DNA from: Nemertoderma westbladi
Lineage: Eukaryota > Animalia > Xenacoelomorpha
Reading direction: 5' to 3'
DNA length: 64,000 nt
NCBI GenBank assembly: GCA_032718475.1
Contig: JAUCBJ010008325.1
Coordinates: 4,772 to 68,771 of the forward strand
Positions 26,901 to 40,698 of the stretch are shown here, one piece after another. How positions within the stretch are numbered: the stretch's first letter is position 1; the number at the start of each line of letters is the position of its first letter. The position numbers and the translations under genes are program-made. Below the pieces are notes generated by a model, which was given only the letters and a program-made list of their open reading frames with translations, was not told where the DNA came from and did no database searches.

Positions 26901-29464
26901 TCTCTCGTCGACCTCCCGGTTAAACCCCACTGTTCTTCTTCCCTCCTCTGATCGGGCCCGACGCTTCGTCCGCCCTCTCGCGACGTCAACCTGTCTCTCT
27001 CTGCTCGATCGCACGCCGCTGGGGATACTCGCGATCCCCCTATTACTTTCCGTCGCCGGTCGTTGCGGTTTACCTATTTCGGCCCTCGCATTATCCGCTG
27101 ACGGCTGTGGGAGACTCCCTGCCCCCCCCCTCTCGCCGCTAACTCCCTGTTGTGGGGTCCTCGTAGCCCCCCCCCACTCGCTACGTCTAACTTAGCTACC
27201 TCTCTCCCCGCTATTATATACCTCTCTAGTCGACACATCAACCCTACTGCGGTCGGGTCCATTCACCCCCGCCTCTCCCTCTGCTATTGCGTGGCCTACC
27301 AGGCCCTCTACTCCCTCCCTACCAACTACGTGGCCTACCAGGCCCTCTGCTCCCTGTCTACTAACTACGTGGCCTACCAGGCCCTCTGCTCCCTGTCTAC
27401 TAACTACGTGGCCTACCAGGCCCTCTGCTCCCTGTCTACTAACTACGTGGCCTACCAGGCCCTCTGTTTCCTGGTTATGCAGGCCCGACGCGTTTACATT
27501 AATAGCACCCATATTGGAAACGGAATTATTTTGTTCGTTTGGAACAAAGTTATTTATATTATTCTGCACGACTACGTTATCTGAATTATTTTGTAAATTC
27601 GGGCATAGGTCATTATTTAAATTATTCGAATTATTTTGCGTAATTGCGTTATTTAAATTATTTTGTAGATTCGAATTTGGGTTATTATTTTGATTATTTG
27701 AATTATTTTGCGTAGCTACATTAATATCAGAATTATTTCCTACATTAATACTAGGGGCGTTCTGATTTAAATTTAAATTACTACCACTATGTAAAGCATT
27801 CCCTGTAATAAAGGTTAGATTAGTGTTGTCCCATACGGTATTATCAATATTAACAACGTCTACTGTACCATTATTATTATTACCCCCCCCCCGCCCGTAC
27901 GGTCGCACCAGTCTTGAGTCTGTCGTGCGGTCCCTGTCAGTGGGGTATTAATAAATGTATCTACGGCCCTCGGCTCCCTAAAAATACTCGAGCCGGCCCC
28001 GCTTTCAGACGGCGACGCTCGCACCAGTTGCAGCTCGTGCGCCCGTCTAATCTTATCTCCCGCAAGCACATTCTGGCGTTTCCTTATTTCTTCCTGCTCT
28101 CGTTCAGCCTCTGCCTTTCTCTTCTCACACTCCTGGGTGTCCCGGGCGGCCGACTCCGGTACACTCCTAATACTCTCCCTTCGTCTCGCCTCTCGCTCCT
28201 GACGTTCCTTTTCCTCCCTTGCCTCACGCTCCTTACGTTCCGCCTCACGCTCCTTGCGTTCCCTTTCCTCCCTTGCCTCACGCTCCTTGCGTTCCCTTTC
28301 ACGCTCCTTGCGTTCCCTTTCACGCTCCTTGCGTTCCCTTTCCTCCCTTGCCTCACGCTCCCTACACTCCCTTTCCTCTATCTCATCATACTCCCTTAGG
28401 CTTTTCAAAGCCCTTTCGGCCCTCTCTCCGGTTTCTTTAAGCAATGCCGTTTCCCTCTCTAACCGCACTCTCCCTTCCTCTAGCCGTTCCTTCATTTCTC
28501 TATGACCTTGCTCTGCCATGCTGAGACGGTATGCGGCACCTATTTCTCTCACCGCTCTTTCTTTCGCGGAGGATGTAACAGACTTATCGGTTACGACGGA
28601 TTTCCCCCGCCTTCCCGACCTACTGACTTTCCCCCGCTTCCCGGAGCTTTCTCCGACCGACGAGGCCGAATCCTCGGGGTTAACCTCGGATTCGCCCCCT
28701 TCGAGTCCCCTCCAACCTACTGGTTTTACTCCCCGGGCATCGACCAAGTATGGCCCTATGTACACTGACGCTACGCTAGGTTCCATACTCCCACATTCCC
28801 ACAGTTCAAACAGTTCCCCGGCAATCTCATGTGCTCTCGTTTCGGCTAGTTCTCTCTGCCCAAAACGTATTAGATAATTAAAGTGTCTATCCGACTCACC
28901 TAGTCGCTTTCTCAGTCTCACCTCGTCTACCTTCGCCCCTTCCTTCTTGGCATCCTTTAGCATCCTCCGGGCCGCGATGTAGGCTCGTCGAAGTCGCTCT
29001 GAAACCCCGACGTCCTCGTCGCCGACCTCTCCTCCGTCCCTCCGGGTTCGACGTCGTACCGGCGGCTCCACCGTCGCCGTTCCGGTGGGCCGTCCGTCGC
29101 CCTCGGCCTGTAGCTGGCCGGCGACATCGGTACCGATCTCTCCTCCGTCTCTTCGCGTCCGGCGTCGCACCGTTGGCCCCACCGTCGCCGTTTCGGTGGG
29201 CCGCTCGTCGCCCTCGGCCGGTAGCTGGCCGGCGACATCGGCGCGCCGTTCTCCGTCTCGTGTCGACTCGTCTCCATCTCCCTCCATCTCGCTCCCTTCC
29301 TCTCTTGGCTCGACTTCGGGTTCCAGACTCTCCTCGTTCTGGACTTCCGGTTCGCCCGTTATCGATGGCTCCGGCGTGGTGGGCCTGTATCGCTTGGTCG
29401 CGGCCTCGCGGATCGTTTGATCTTCGTCCGGGGTCCGCGGCGGTGTCTCGCCCGATTCACTCAT
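20913..29464 (-). pseudogene. BEL/Pao gag-pol polyprotein, disrupted
   Basis: Coiled-coil N-terminus; gag knuckle CSRCVKSGHKAREC; protease LVDSGA; RT FYVDDG; RNase H FSDAS...WTDS; integrase HGG...CQTC and DNGTNFVGA. Lesions: a frameshift in the G-run at ~27883-27892 and in-frame stops TAA (27192-27194) and TAG (21840-21842). Confidence 0.92.
27289..27466. repeat. 39-bp coding tandem repeat in gag (~4.5 copies)
   Basis: Encodes (AEGLVGHVVSRQG)n on the minus strand. Confidence 0.9.
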
Positions 29465-29544
29465 CTCGTCTGGTCGGTGGAGTTCGGCTAGCTAGCAGTG
29501 TAGTTCTTAGAGTTTAACTGGGGCGGCAGCTCGGATTTAGTTAC

Positions 29545-29661
29545 TGTGACGGGATCCAGGAGGGATCCCGATTTATCCGATGTGGTAATTTAGTCCACGC
29601 GTCCCCGCCGTGTATAAGGGTGAAATAAAGTAACTGAGTTCTGAAGTTCGGTGTATAATAA
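29545..29661 (-). repeat. Remnant (U5 end) of the 5' LTR
   Basis: Identical to 14405-14521 over 117 bp, then switches abruptly to unrelated protease-coding sequence. Confidence 0.9.
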
Positions 29662-32600
29662 CGGTCCCCTACCCCGTGCAAAGACCTCAACTCTATTTGT
29701 ATCTCCTCGGCGTCCTGGAAGCTAGAAACAGCTCTCGCCACTTCCTCGTCGATATACGATAATGTGGACGCAGTGTCCAACATCACATATATTCGCTTAG
29801 ACCCCTTATCGCCAGTAAGTTTCACCGGAATCACGCTAAATATTTCCAACGTGGCCGATGATAAATACGTCCGCGCGCTGGTCGATGAACTATCCGCGGT
29901 GAAACCTTGGTAGGTCACCTCTCTTGCGCTCGACTCGCCATCCTCGTCCGACGAACCTGGTTGATAACCATCGTCTTGGATGCCGGTATACGTATTCCTT
30001 CTTATCGATACGGGTTCTTTGCTCCCCTTCCTGTGAGGATTTCGCTGTAAGTAACAGTCCGTTGGGGTATGGAAATCCGCATGTAGCAACTTGTGATGAG
30101 TCTGCCGCATTCCATGCATCCGTCCTTGCTGTTCGGGCACTGCCGCCGTACATGACCTGGCGCAAGACATGCCCAACAGGTGTCCAACGTCCGCACTTGA
30201 ACTCTTCTCTGTTCCGAATTTAATTCTTTGAACCGTCTGCAACTATCTAACTTATGGTCGTCAGATCTTACCTCCTTTAGTAAACAGTATTGGCAACCTA
30301 CAAATCCATCCGGCAACTCCTGTTGCTTTAACCTAGGTCTATCTAACCGCTCACCTGACCATACTCGCGAGTCTGATCTAAAGGCTGGGGTACTCGAATT
30401 ATATCTGTCTACTGAGTTAAATGTCACAGTGGTCCTATCATCGTCAAAACTTACCATAGACTTACCGGTAACAGGTTTAGACTCTCTCATATTCTCTTCT
30501 GAGAAGTTTGATTTCATCTCTGCTACTGCGTCTGTGGCTATCATGTCATGAATATGCTGAAGTGTCAATACTTTACCTTGGCCTTCCAACTTATTCTCTA
30601 ATTTGCGCCATTTCTGTCGGTAACGCATGTTTAGACGTCTTATTACGCTCTTCAAAACTTCGGCGTGATCACCATGATGAGGTAGATTCACCGTCTTCAA
30701 GATGTCCAATGCGTTCGAAATAGCATTCGCTAAGTTCAACAGCTCTAACGGAGTTGTAATCCTTCCGCCCTTACCCAAGTCTTCTACTATCGACTGTGCC
30801 ATCTTGGTTTTATTCCCGTAGATGTCGCTAAGCGTCTTCATCGCTAACTCGAATGCTCTTTCATTGCCGACGAAGTTGTCAGCAATGGCTCTAGGTTCTC
30901 GATGGAGCATCTGAAGCAAATAGTTGAACTTCTCGTTGGGAGTAAAGGTGCTGTTGGTTAGCTGTTCGTCGACATAGGTTTTGAACGTCCTCCAATGCTT
31001 ATGGTTGCCCATAAACTTCTGGGGTTGTTGCGTCGGCAGTCCTTGCCTAGCAGCAAACTTACCTATGTCCCTAAGGGTTGCGTCGTTCCGGGTTAACAAA
31101 TGGTTTAGTTCTGCAGGGTTGTTAAGTCTGGTCCTTTCCCGGGGATTAAAACTTACCTGCTCCGTGTCCGTCCTTCTCTCCTTATAGTTTCGGGACTTCT
31201 GACGTCTCATGTCTTCCTCTTCATCGCTTGATTCGGTGTCAGTCCTTAGCGCTCGCGATGGTTTGCGTGCCGAGGCCCTGACCCATGCATCCTGTATAAA
31301 TTTCTCTGCCGAATTTTCGAAATCGGGATTATGGATATTCGGGACAGGCGTCCTTACCTGAGGTCTATGTGGTATAGTTTCCTCCGATATACGTACTCGT
31401 TGACTAGGCTGGACTTTATCTGACTCAGGCCTGCTAGGATTAGAATTACTTCTTACCTGGGCTGTTTCCTTTAACCGTAGGTTACTAAGCATGTCCGTTA
31501 TAGGTTGGATGTGCGGCGATATAGCTTGCGCTAAACTAGCACTTAACTCATCCCTTGTAATAAATTCCTGGCTAGGGTTCTGTTGTATAGTCGACTCTAT
31601 CTGAGTAATCCGCTGTCTCTCATATGATCCCTCTTCCGGTTTAACCCGGAAGTTCTCCGTCGAACTGGGTCGGCGCTCCGTCCGCGTATTCCAAACCCGC
31701 GGGTTCGGTTCGCCCAATACTCGGCCCGTCGGAGTTTCTCTAAACTCTTCGTTGTCTCGTTATGTAGTGGTGCGGTGTTCTGATGACGTGGATTCTGCGC
31801 GATAGGTGAAGCACTAATACCAACTGGTGTACGATATGTAGAGAACGGTTTAGCGATCCGAGTACTCGTAATAGCTGGACCGGGTATAGGAATTCTGGTC
31901 GTCGTCGACTCGCGTATAGTCGGAGTTCTCGCTTCCTGTTCGGCCTTCTGCAGTGCGAACAGTTCTCGCAACTCGGTCCCTACACTCGCCCCACATTCTT
32001 CGATCATTCGCATCCCCTTCTCGGCGATTTCATTTGCCTTTCTAGTCCGTTCCTCGCTCTCTAGGTTTAATCTCGCACTTTCCAACTGCGCCAGTTTACG
32101 TTCTTCTTCTTCCCTCGCTCGTCTCGCTGCGCTCTCTTCTTCCACACGCGCCTTCTCTTCATACAACGCCCGTCGCTCCCTCTCGCGCTCAAGTTCGCGC
32201 TCCTTGCGCTCGCGTTCGAGTTGGAGTTCGCATCTTCTTTGCTCGCGTTCCTTAGCTTCCCGTTCGCGTTCGAGTTGGAGTTCGCGTTCTTCGTGTTCGC
32301 GTTCGAGTTGGAGTTCTCGTTCTTCGCGTTCGCGTTCGAGTTGGAGTTCTCGTTCTTCCTGTTCGCGCTCCACTTGCTCACGCTTACCTTTGTCTTCCAA
32401 CTCTCGCAACTTTGCGTCTAACTTACGTGTGCGCTCCCGTTCCCGCTCGGCTTCCTTCCGTGCTTCAGATGCACGCAAAACTTCCGCCTGCTGTTCGTCC
32501 AGTCGGCGTCTTCTCTCCTCCGCCGAGTTGTGAGAAACAAGGGATCTAGCACATATAACTTTGGTGACTAACCTGGGAATCGCCACTGTCTCTAGATGCG

Positions 32601-33277
32601 TCGTCGGGTGGAGTTAACGTTCTCTGTTGGATATTGTCCGTCGTCAGCAGCACCTGGCCCGGTACCACCACTCCACTCTGCATCAGCCAGCTGGTAACTT
32701 CCCGTTGATACCTGCGCTCCTCCTTATCCTGCATCTCTTCTCGCTCCACTAAGTTTCTTAACTCTGCGTCACTCACTTGGGTCGCCTGCGCTTGTGATGC
32801 CCATAGCAACCAGTTCTCCGTCCTAACTCGCCGAAATCGCTCCGATAACGCGCGGTGCTCTAGCAAGGCTGCTAAAACCCTGTCGTAAATCCTCGTCGCC
32901 ACGTCGCTCGACTGAGACTCCACTGTTCTCTTTGCTAGGACTGCAAGCTCCTCCGTCTGTTTGAATAACGCTGAGTTGTATCCCTTTCTAATCTCTACTA
33001 ACCCTTCCCTTCCGATGTTCGCTGAGTCGGCTAGCATCTTCCTTACCTTGTCCGCCGTCCGGGTTATATGTCCGGCATGCGCGCGAAGTTTCTTCTTTAT
33101 CGCGATGTCAAATTCTCTTTCGCTTACCTGACTCACACTTGGTGGACTTGAAGGATTATTTCGGGAACTACGGGTACTCCTTATAGCCGCTGGGACCACG
33201 GCACTTACCATACCCACAGGTCTGGAAACCGGGCTCCGGGCTCTCGCTTCTGCTATACTACCCTCCCTATCACTCAT
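29662..33277 (-). mobile_element. Second, distinct BEL/Pao element: frameshifted gag plus protease, truncated
   Basis: Overlapping ORFs in shifting frames: coiled coil, Pao gag core (KFMGNHKHWRTF...EKFNYL), knuckle CWACLAPGHVRRQC then ...HHKLLH, protease YVMLDTAS. No LTR recognised. Confidence 0.85.
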
Positions 33278-33416
33278 CTAATTCAAAATATTCAAAAATG
33301 AATTTGCCACCCAAATATTTCTAACTTTATATATATATAGCTCAAAATCAATGTAATTTTATTTTTAAATATTATTTCTATATCCACTAGCGCGTGGCTA
33401 CACCTTCAGGTTGCGA

Positions 33417-33418
<2 letters not shown>

Positions 33419-33461
<43 letters not shown>

Positions 33462-36400
33462 GATAGCCTATTGCTAGTTGTGCCGACGCACTATTTGTTC
33501 AGAGTTGTGCCCTTTCAGTGGGACTGATTATTTGAAAATTGTGGTGACATCAATTCCTGTGCTACCACTAGGGGGTGTGGTGTATAATGTGAGGGTAATG
33601 TGAGGGAGTGTGATATTGCTTTTTCGTCTTTGGTTATTTATTGATATTAAGTTTCTTTGATTGTAGGCACAACTTGGTGTCCGTAAACATCATATATCGT
33701 GTATAATTGAGGGGAATAACAAATTGAATATTTAAGATCGCGATGTTATATTATAGTGCTTTTAATGAAACATCGAATATCACTAATTTTTAATTGTATA
33801 AGTTGTTGAACTAATTATATGAATGCTGAATGGGAAATTATTCTTATTATATTTTTATTATAAGGTGGTCGATAAAGCAATTTCCAGGCTCAATTTCTTT
33901 GTAAATGTACGGTCTCAGGAATTCTTAGCATGCGAGTATTCCTAGCCCGTGGGTATTCTTAGCCTTGCATTCTTAGCCCATGGGTATTCTTAGCCCGCGA
34001 AACAATAACGTTTATTGTTTTGGTTCCCCCAGTACTCCTCTGAAACCTGCTCCTTTGCTAACCTGCTCTTTTACTAACTCGCGCGCTAAGAACACTCGCG
34101 GGCTAAGAATTCACCCAACAAATGTACTTGTTCAGAGCTGTGAATTCTACATTTCTTCTATATTGAATGTACAGCAAGCAGCAGGGCATTAGAAATTTGA
34201 ATCATTGCTTCACGAAATAAAAGAAAAGGATTATTGTAATATTTCGTTTTATTCCATATCGTAACATCCAATCTTTTAACACCCTATCTCGTATAATCAT
34301 GCTTCCCCCATCTCGTAGCACGTAATGCATTATTGTCAAAAAATTTGCAAAATAAACTTGGTTTCTAATCCGATCTATAGACTCTTGGGTGTCCACAACG
34401 GTATTAGTACATAGAACAACAGTTTGGCAATAATAATTTGCTACAAGCGTGCAATAATAAATACAAAAGGGTGAGTACAAAACAAATACACAAGACCCAA
34501 AAACTTAAGACCTGTACGAAACACATGTGATAACTTTCGTTTATTGTTTTGGCTCCCCCAACTATGACTATGTAACCTGCTACTTTACTAACCTGCTCCT
34601 TTAAATGCCAATGAGACCTAACGCTCTTTGGGACCTAACGCTACTTTACCTCTTAGTTTTGTACGTCCTTGGTCTTTGTTTTGTACTGACCCAGATACAA
34701 GAGCAGAAAACCAGCTATATCGTCCTGCTACAACGTTATTAACTTCAGCAACTGTATCATAGACCTATTTGCCTTTAACACTTTGCGTACCAACACGGTA
34801 CGAGTTCATCACACGTATTGTCACGACACGTACTCGTGTTCATAATGATAATGCCGCCTTTAAATACTGTAATTATAACCTAACCCTCATGGCGGCAGAG
34901 TGCCGCCTTTACATATATTATCCTGACTCCCATGGCGACAGGGTGCCGCCTCTTTATAAAAACCTCTTATAACTTTCTTATAACTATTGGGGCGGATAAA
35001 TGGAGTTCATATTCGTGTTGTGCAGGAAAAACTGGTCTAGAAAAATTAATTTATTGCTTGAAGGGATTCCTGTTGGTTTGATTAATTTTAAATTACATAG
35101 TTTATGCAAATTAATTTCAATTTAGCCAATAATTATGTTACAAATGATTAAGGCTGCAGTGTGCCCCCCGGGGTTCAAATGAAAGATTTATAAATTTCGA
35201 AAATGGTTAAAGGCGGAAGTGTGCCGCCTTTGAGGGTAGGATAAGTAATAATATGGTTATCCTCTTTATATATAACAACAAAATAAACCTTGGTACGATC
35301 AAATATACTTTCTTGGAAGTAAAAATTTACGTAATTTATCTTTGGTACACAAAGGGCTACACTTATTTTCTTAAAATTTAATAATAGTTTGAGTAGGTTC
35401 TCGAGAATTTCGTTGCCATATTCGTAAACATGACGATTGTAATGTTGTGATAGACATAAGAGCATATTGCTTAAAATATATTAAATATAATATAAATATA
35501 ATTTGCTATACAAATTTCTGGCTGCTTATATTGCATGCATATAGTCCAGCAAAATCAAATCAAGTCTCACACTGTTCATAAAGGAATAAGCAATCAAAGT
35601 GTAATCTATGTACCCCTTTCGATATCGCTTAATGCACTGATTCTTAATAATAATATACAATTATTTCTTATATTTAATAAACTGTAATTTTATTAGGAAG
35701 AAATTTCACCTTTCTGTAATATATTATTACTTCAAGAATACACCTCGTTAGTAATAATAATGTTATAATTTTAATTAGATTGTTTACTCGGGTAAATGGG
35801 TGGCTTTTAATATAAATGCTATTTAATTATTTATTTAATACTAAATATTATTACCTTTAACAAAGGATGTTACCCAATACATGAAAACAATTTTTTTGCT
35901 CCAATCATGTCCTGATGAATAAAATATAAAAAAGTAGAAAGTTTCATGGGTGGTGCTAAAAATTCTGGAACATTTAATACAAAAATCGACACACCGGCAC
36001 CATTGGCATGTATAGTACCCTATTAATTAAAAGTATAAAGAGACAAACATTTACTGATAATTAATAGGTAGAGAACTATAGAGAAACCCACCACACAGCA
36101 CAATTAGCTAGTTGCTGCATATGACCTTCCTATCCTGTCTGGCCTTATGGCAGGCAGCCCAGCACCATCTTCCAGTCCAAGCCCACTTCTCCATTTGATG
36201 CGTGACCCACGAACGCAATGGGATGCGCCTCGGATAAGGGCAAACTTGACTCGTGTCCTACTCTTACTGTCTTACTCGGGTAAATTGGTTAGCGCAAATT
36301 TGCGGGATTTCCGGCATCGGGACCGGGATTATCACTCTCGGGATCCCGTCTGCGTAAAACTTAACTATAAATAAACTTCAATAAACACTATATTACGTAA

Positions 36401-37538
36401 CTAACGGTCAAAAGTGAAATTATTCATAAACCACAATATTACTTACAAAATAATAAACTATCTTAATTCAATTTAATACGATGCAGAGAGGTTCCAACCA
36501 CGAAGACTATAACAGTCTACAGTATGAAACCAAGACTTCTCCATTTGGCTGAATATATTGTCTGTTTTGGCAAGTATATAAATATACCTTGCCTGTTTTG
36601 GCAAGTATGTAAGTATGCCTTGCCTGTTTTGGCAAGTATATAAATATACCTTGCCTGTTTTGGCAAGTATGTAAATACACCTTGCCTGTTTTGGCAAGTA
36701 TATAAATACACCTTGCCTGTTTTGGCAAGTATGTAAATGTGCCTTGCCTGTTTTGGCAAGTATATAAATACACCTTGCCTGTTTTGGCAAGTATATAAAT
36801 ACACCTTGCCTGTTTTGGCAAGTATTTAAATATGTATTGCCTGTTCTGGTAAGTATTTGAATTTGATAGAGTATATTATAAATATGATGGAAACTTCCTG
36901 TAAGTTTCACGTGTAAGACAAATGTTGAATAAATTATAAAACAAAATATTATTTTATGGCTTTTTCCCTGGAGCAAAGAGTAGTAACGCAGGAGGAGTAA
37001 ACGAACAAATGTAATATGTCCTCTACTTAAAGTAATTGAATTGCCGTACTACTGTAATGAGAATTTCAAAGATTTTTGAGTCAAATTTTAATAATATCTC
37101 GAAACAGGAAATGTCTACAAGGTAGGCCTACATCCTAAATTTGCATAGAGGATAAAACAAGCAGGAAACGAGCTGTATCAACAAATCAGGCTGATAATAT
37201 AACAAGTATTATCAAGTCAAGTCAAGTTTGTCAAGTCAAGTGATGTCAAGTCAGTATGTCAAATCGTATGGCGCCAAGTCAAACTACTATCAAGTCACGT
37301 GATGTCAATCAAGGCATTAATTATGAAGTAATGTCGAGTCCAATGATGTCAAGTCAAGTGTCATAAAACCAAGTGATATCAAGTCAAATAATTTAAATTG
37401 ATAAAAAGTGTTGTAAAGTCAAGTGAAGTCATATACCATCATGATAAATGACCATGATGTCTGTCACGGTTTTCTAATTATTGAAATGGCTTCCGTCAAT
37501 TTGTTTCACCCACTGCATCGTACCCATCTTGTGAAATT
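33419..37538 (+). repeat. Segmental duplication block A, copy 1
   Basis: Near-identical to 41975-47084 from the (CT)n tract to cccatcttgtgaaatt. Confidence 0.93.
36560..36855. repeat. 31-bp minisatellite (~9 copies)
   Basis: Unit ACCTTGCCTGTTTTGGCAAGTATATAAATAT with an internal CTTGCC/GGCAAG hairpin. Confidence 0.95.
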
Positions 37539-37734
37539 TTGGTGCCATTCAAGTGCCCCAAAACGAAAACTACAAGTAGCACAAAAATTATAAAGTGTTA
37601 AATTTTGACTTTGGTTATAAATATCTATACTGGTTTTCAAAGTCGCTGATTACTACGATATAACTCGTAAAAAATCATTCGTGCTAACGTAACTATCATT
37701 TTTGCTGCTTGTCTGGTGGGACGGATAAATACGG

Positions 37735-37876
37735 ATACTAGAAATATCCCAGGTATCGAAAGTATTAATTGCTATTGCTAAAGGTAAAATAGGAGTACAT
37801 AAGGGAAAAACATTTTCCGATATTGATAATATTGAATTAAGTGATGTTTTATCAGATGATGGTTATCAGATGACAG
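37735..37876 (+). pseudogene. Coding fragment resembling the C-terminal tail of tyrosine-recombinase-like transposon proteins
   Basis: ILEISQVSKVLIAIAKGKIGVHKGKTFSDIDNIEL resembles, from memory, the LAKISKLLLAMEKG...KGKSLDEI motif. Recognised by eye only. Confidence 0.4.
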
Positions 37877-38175
37877 GTTATGCCTTTCTGACTGAAAATT
37901 CTGAAATTGACTTTCTCACATTGCGAAGTTCTATTTATCCTTCGCAGCTAATTAATTAGCCATAGCCATTCCTGGCAAATCTGAAATACGAATAAGGCTA
38001 AATATTAGGCTGATTAAGAGAACAAGAGTTCGTGCTCTTCTATTTAATTTATAGAATTACTATTTATTGTATTTTAGGTGGTAGCAGCAGCGGGGGACTG
38101 ATACCTCCAGGTAAATTATAAATATCACGCGTAATTATATCCGTAGCTGTTCCCATAGTTGGTAGGTGCTAAAAT

Positions 38176-39111
38176 GCACAACGAGCAACAATGACCTACA
38201 GCGAGCAACAATGAGCAACAATGAGCAGCAATGAGCAATAACAAGCAATAATAAAGTACAAGAACGAGCAACAATGAGCAACAACGAACAACTACGAGCA
38301 ACAATGAGCAACAACAAGCAGTAATAAAGTACAAGAACGAGCAACAATGACCAACAGCGAGCAACAATGAGCAACAATGAGCAGCAATGAGCAATAACAA
38401 GCAATAATAAAGTACAAGAACGAGCAACAATGAGCAACAACGAACAACTACGAGCAACAATGAGCAACAACAAGCAATAATAAAGTACAAGAACGAGCAA
38501 CAATGACCAACAGCGAGCAACAATGAGCAACAATGAGCAGCAATGAGCAATAACAAGCAATAATAAAGTACAAGAACGAGCAACAATGAGCAACAACGAA
38601 CAACTACGAGCAACAATGAGCAACAACAAGCAATAATAAAGTACAAGAACGAGCAACAATGAGCAACAACGAACAACAATGAGCAACAACGAACAACAAT
38701 GAGCAACTACGAGCAACAATGAGCAACAACAAGCAATAATAAAGTACAAGAACGAGCAACAATGAGCAACAACGAACAACAATGAGCAACAACGAACAAC
38801 AATGAGCAACTACGAGCAACAATGAGCAATAACAAGCAATAATAAAGTACAAGAACGAGCAACAATGAGCAACAACGAACAACAATGAGCAACAACGAGC
38901 AACAATGAGCAATAACAAGCAATAATAAAGTACAAGAACGAGCAACAATGAGCAACAACGAACAACTACGAGCAACAATGAGCAACAACAAGCAATAATA
39001 AAGTACAAGAACGAGCAACAATGAGCAACAATGAGCAACAACGAACAACAACGAGCAACAATGAGCAATAACAAGCAATAATAAAGTACAAGAACGAGCA
39101 ACAATGAGCAA
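38176..39111. repeat. Compound satellite of GAGCAACAAT/AACGAAC subunits
   Basis: Higher-order units punctuated by AATAATAAAGTACAAGAAC. Confidence 0.95.
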
Positions 39112-39127
39112 CGTAATGCAATGTAAT

Positions 39128-40238
39128 GATATAATGAGTTAAGTGCCGTTATGTAGCCCATTGGAATATCGTTATATAGCCAGTAGGAAAGTCGTTATAT
39201 AATGAGTTAAGTGCCGTTATATAGTCCGTTGGAATATCGTTATATAGCCAATAGGAAAGTCGTTTTATAATGAGTTACGTGCCGTTATATAGTCCGTTGG
39301 AATATCGTTATATAGCCAGTAGGAAAGTCGTTATATAATGAGTTAAGTGCCGTTATATAGTCCGTTGGAATATCGTTATATAGCCAGTAGGAAAGTCGTT
39401 ATATAATGAGTTAAATGCCGTTATATAGTCCGTTGGAATATCGTTATATAGCCAGTAGGAAAGTCGTTATATAATGAGTTAAATGCCGTTATATAGTCCG
39501 TTGGAATATCGTTATATAGCCAGTAGGTAACTCGTTTTATAATGAGTTACGTGCCGTTATATAGTCCGTTGGAATATCGTTATATAGCCAGTAGGAAAGT
39601 CGTTATATAAGGAGTTAAGTGCCGTTATATAGTCCGTTGGAATATCGTTATATAGCCAGTAGGAAAGTCGTTATATAATGAGTTAAATGCCGTTATATAG
39701 TCCGTTGGAATATCGTTATATAGCCAGTAGGAAAGTCGTTATATAATGAGTTAAATGCCGTTATATAGTCCGTTGGAATATCGTTATATAGCCAGTAGGT
39801 AACTCGTTTTATAATGAGTTACGTGCCGTTATATAGTCCGTTGGAATATCGTTATATAGCCAGTAGGAAAGTCGTTATATAATGAGTTAAGTGCCGTTAT
39901 ATAGTCCGTTGGAATATCGTTATATAGCCAGTAGGAAAGTCGTTATATAATGAGTTAAGTGCCGTTATATAGTCCGTTGGAATATCGTTATATAGCCAGT
40001 AGGAAAGTCGTTATATAATGAGTTAAGTGCCGTTATATAGTCCGTTGGAATATCGTTATATAGCCAGTAGGAAAGTCGTTATATAATGAGTTAAATGCCG
40101 TTATATAGTCCGTTGGAATATCGTTATATAGCCAGTAAGGAAAGTCGTTTTATAATGAGTTACGTGCCGTTATATAGTCCGTTGGAATATCGTTATATAA
40201 TGAGTTAAGTGCCGTTATATAGTCCGTTGGAATATCGT
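39128..40238. repeat. 68-bp satellite (~16 copies) made of three CGTTATATA-headed subrepeats
   Basis: Period 68 (e.g. 39941 to 40009). Confidence 0.95.
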
Positions 40239-40698
40239 GTTTCATATTAATTGGATCACAAGGGCGTTTATTTTTGGTAAAATAGTTGCCTGTCAGATTA
40301 TTTTTGAGTATAATGGTAATAACAATAATATATTACTAACTACTACACTGTAACAATTAGATGTTGAGAGTCTAGTACAACTAGGCCCGGATATTTCCAT
40401 TCATATAGTGCAACCCTTGTCTTTCTGTTTTGAAACACTTAACTTGTTTTTCAGTAATCGAGATTATATAATTAGTTAAAATTGTAATTAAATATTTCTT
40501 ATATATTCGGCGAACTCCTGATAAGTGTGTGGGTGGAGGGTCATATTAACAACACGACTCATATCACCGCCTGCCGTTTTTCCATTCATCGCATTATATG
40601 TGCTGTATTTCCCGTACATACATTCGCCTCATTGCTTGATATATGCAAAAGCGTAAAATAAAATATAAAAAAGCGTTAAAAGATTATATACTACACTA

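Larger units (their letters stand above)
14405..29661 (-). mobile_element. BEL/Pao LTR retrotransposon with an accessory ORF; 5' LTR truncated
   Basis: gag-PR-RT-RH-IN domain order with Pao-type motifs, a complete 3' LTR with PPT, and 117 bp of identical 5' LTR. Confidence 0.93.

Noticed and set aside
21040-29517. Many plus-strand ORFs over the BEL element
   Set aside because: Antisense shadows of gag-pol with no recognisable motifs.
36473-36976. ORFs with TCQNRQG/LPKQAR repeats (also 45982-46522), or CRISPR-like hairpin repeats
   Set aside because: These are translations of a 31-bp minisatellite with no spacers.
38125-39161. Cys/Leu-rich membrane-protein-like ORFs
   Set aside because: Artefact of a stop-poor satellite that is open in several frames.
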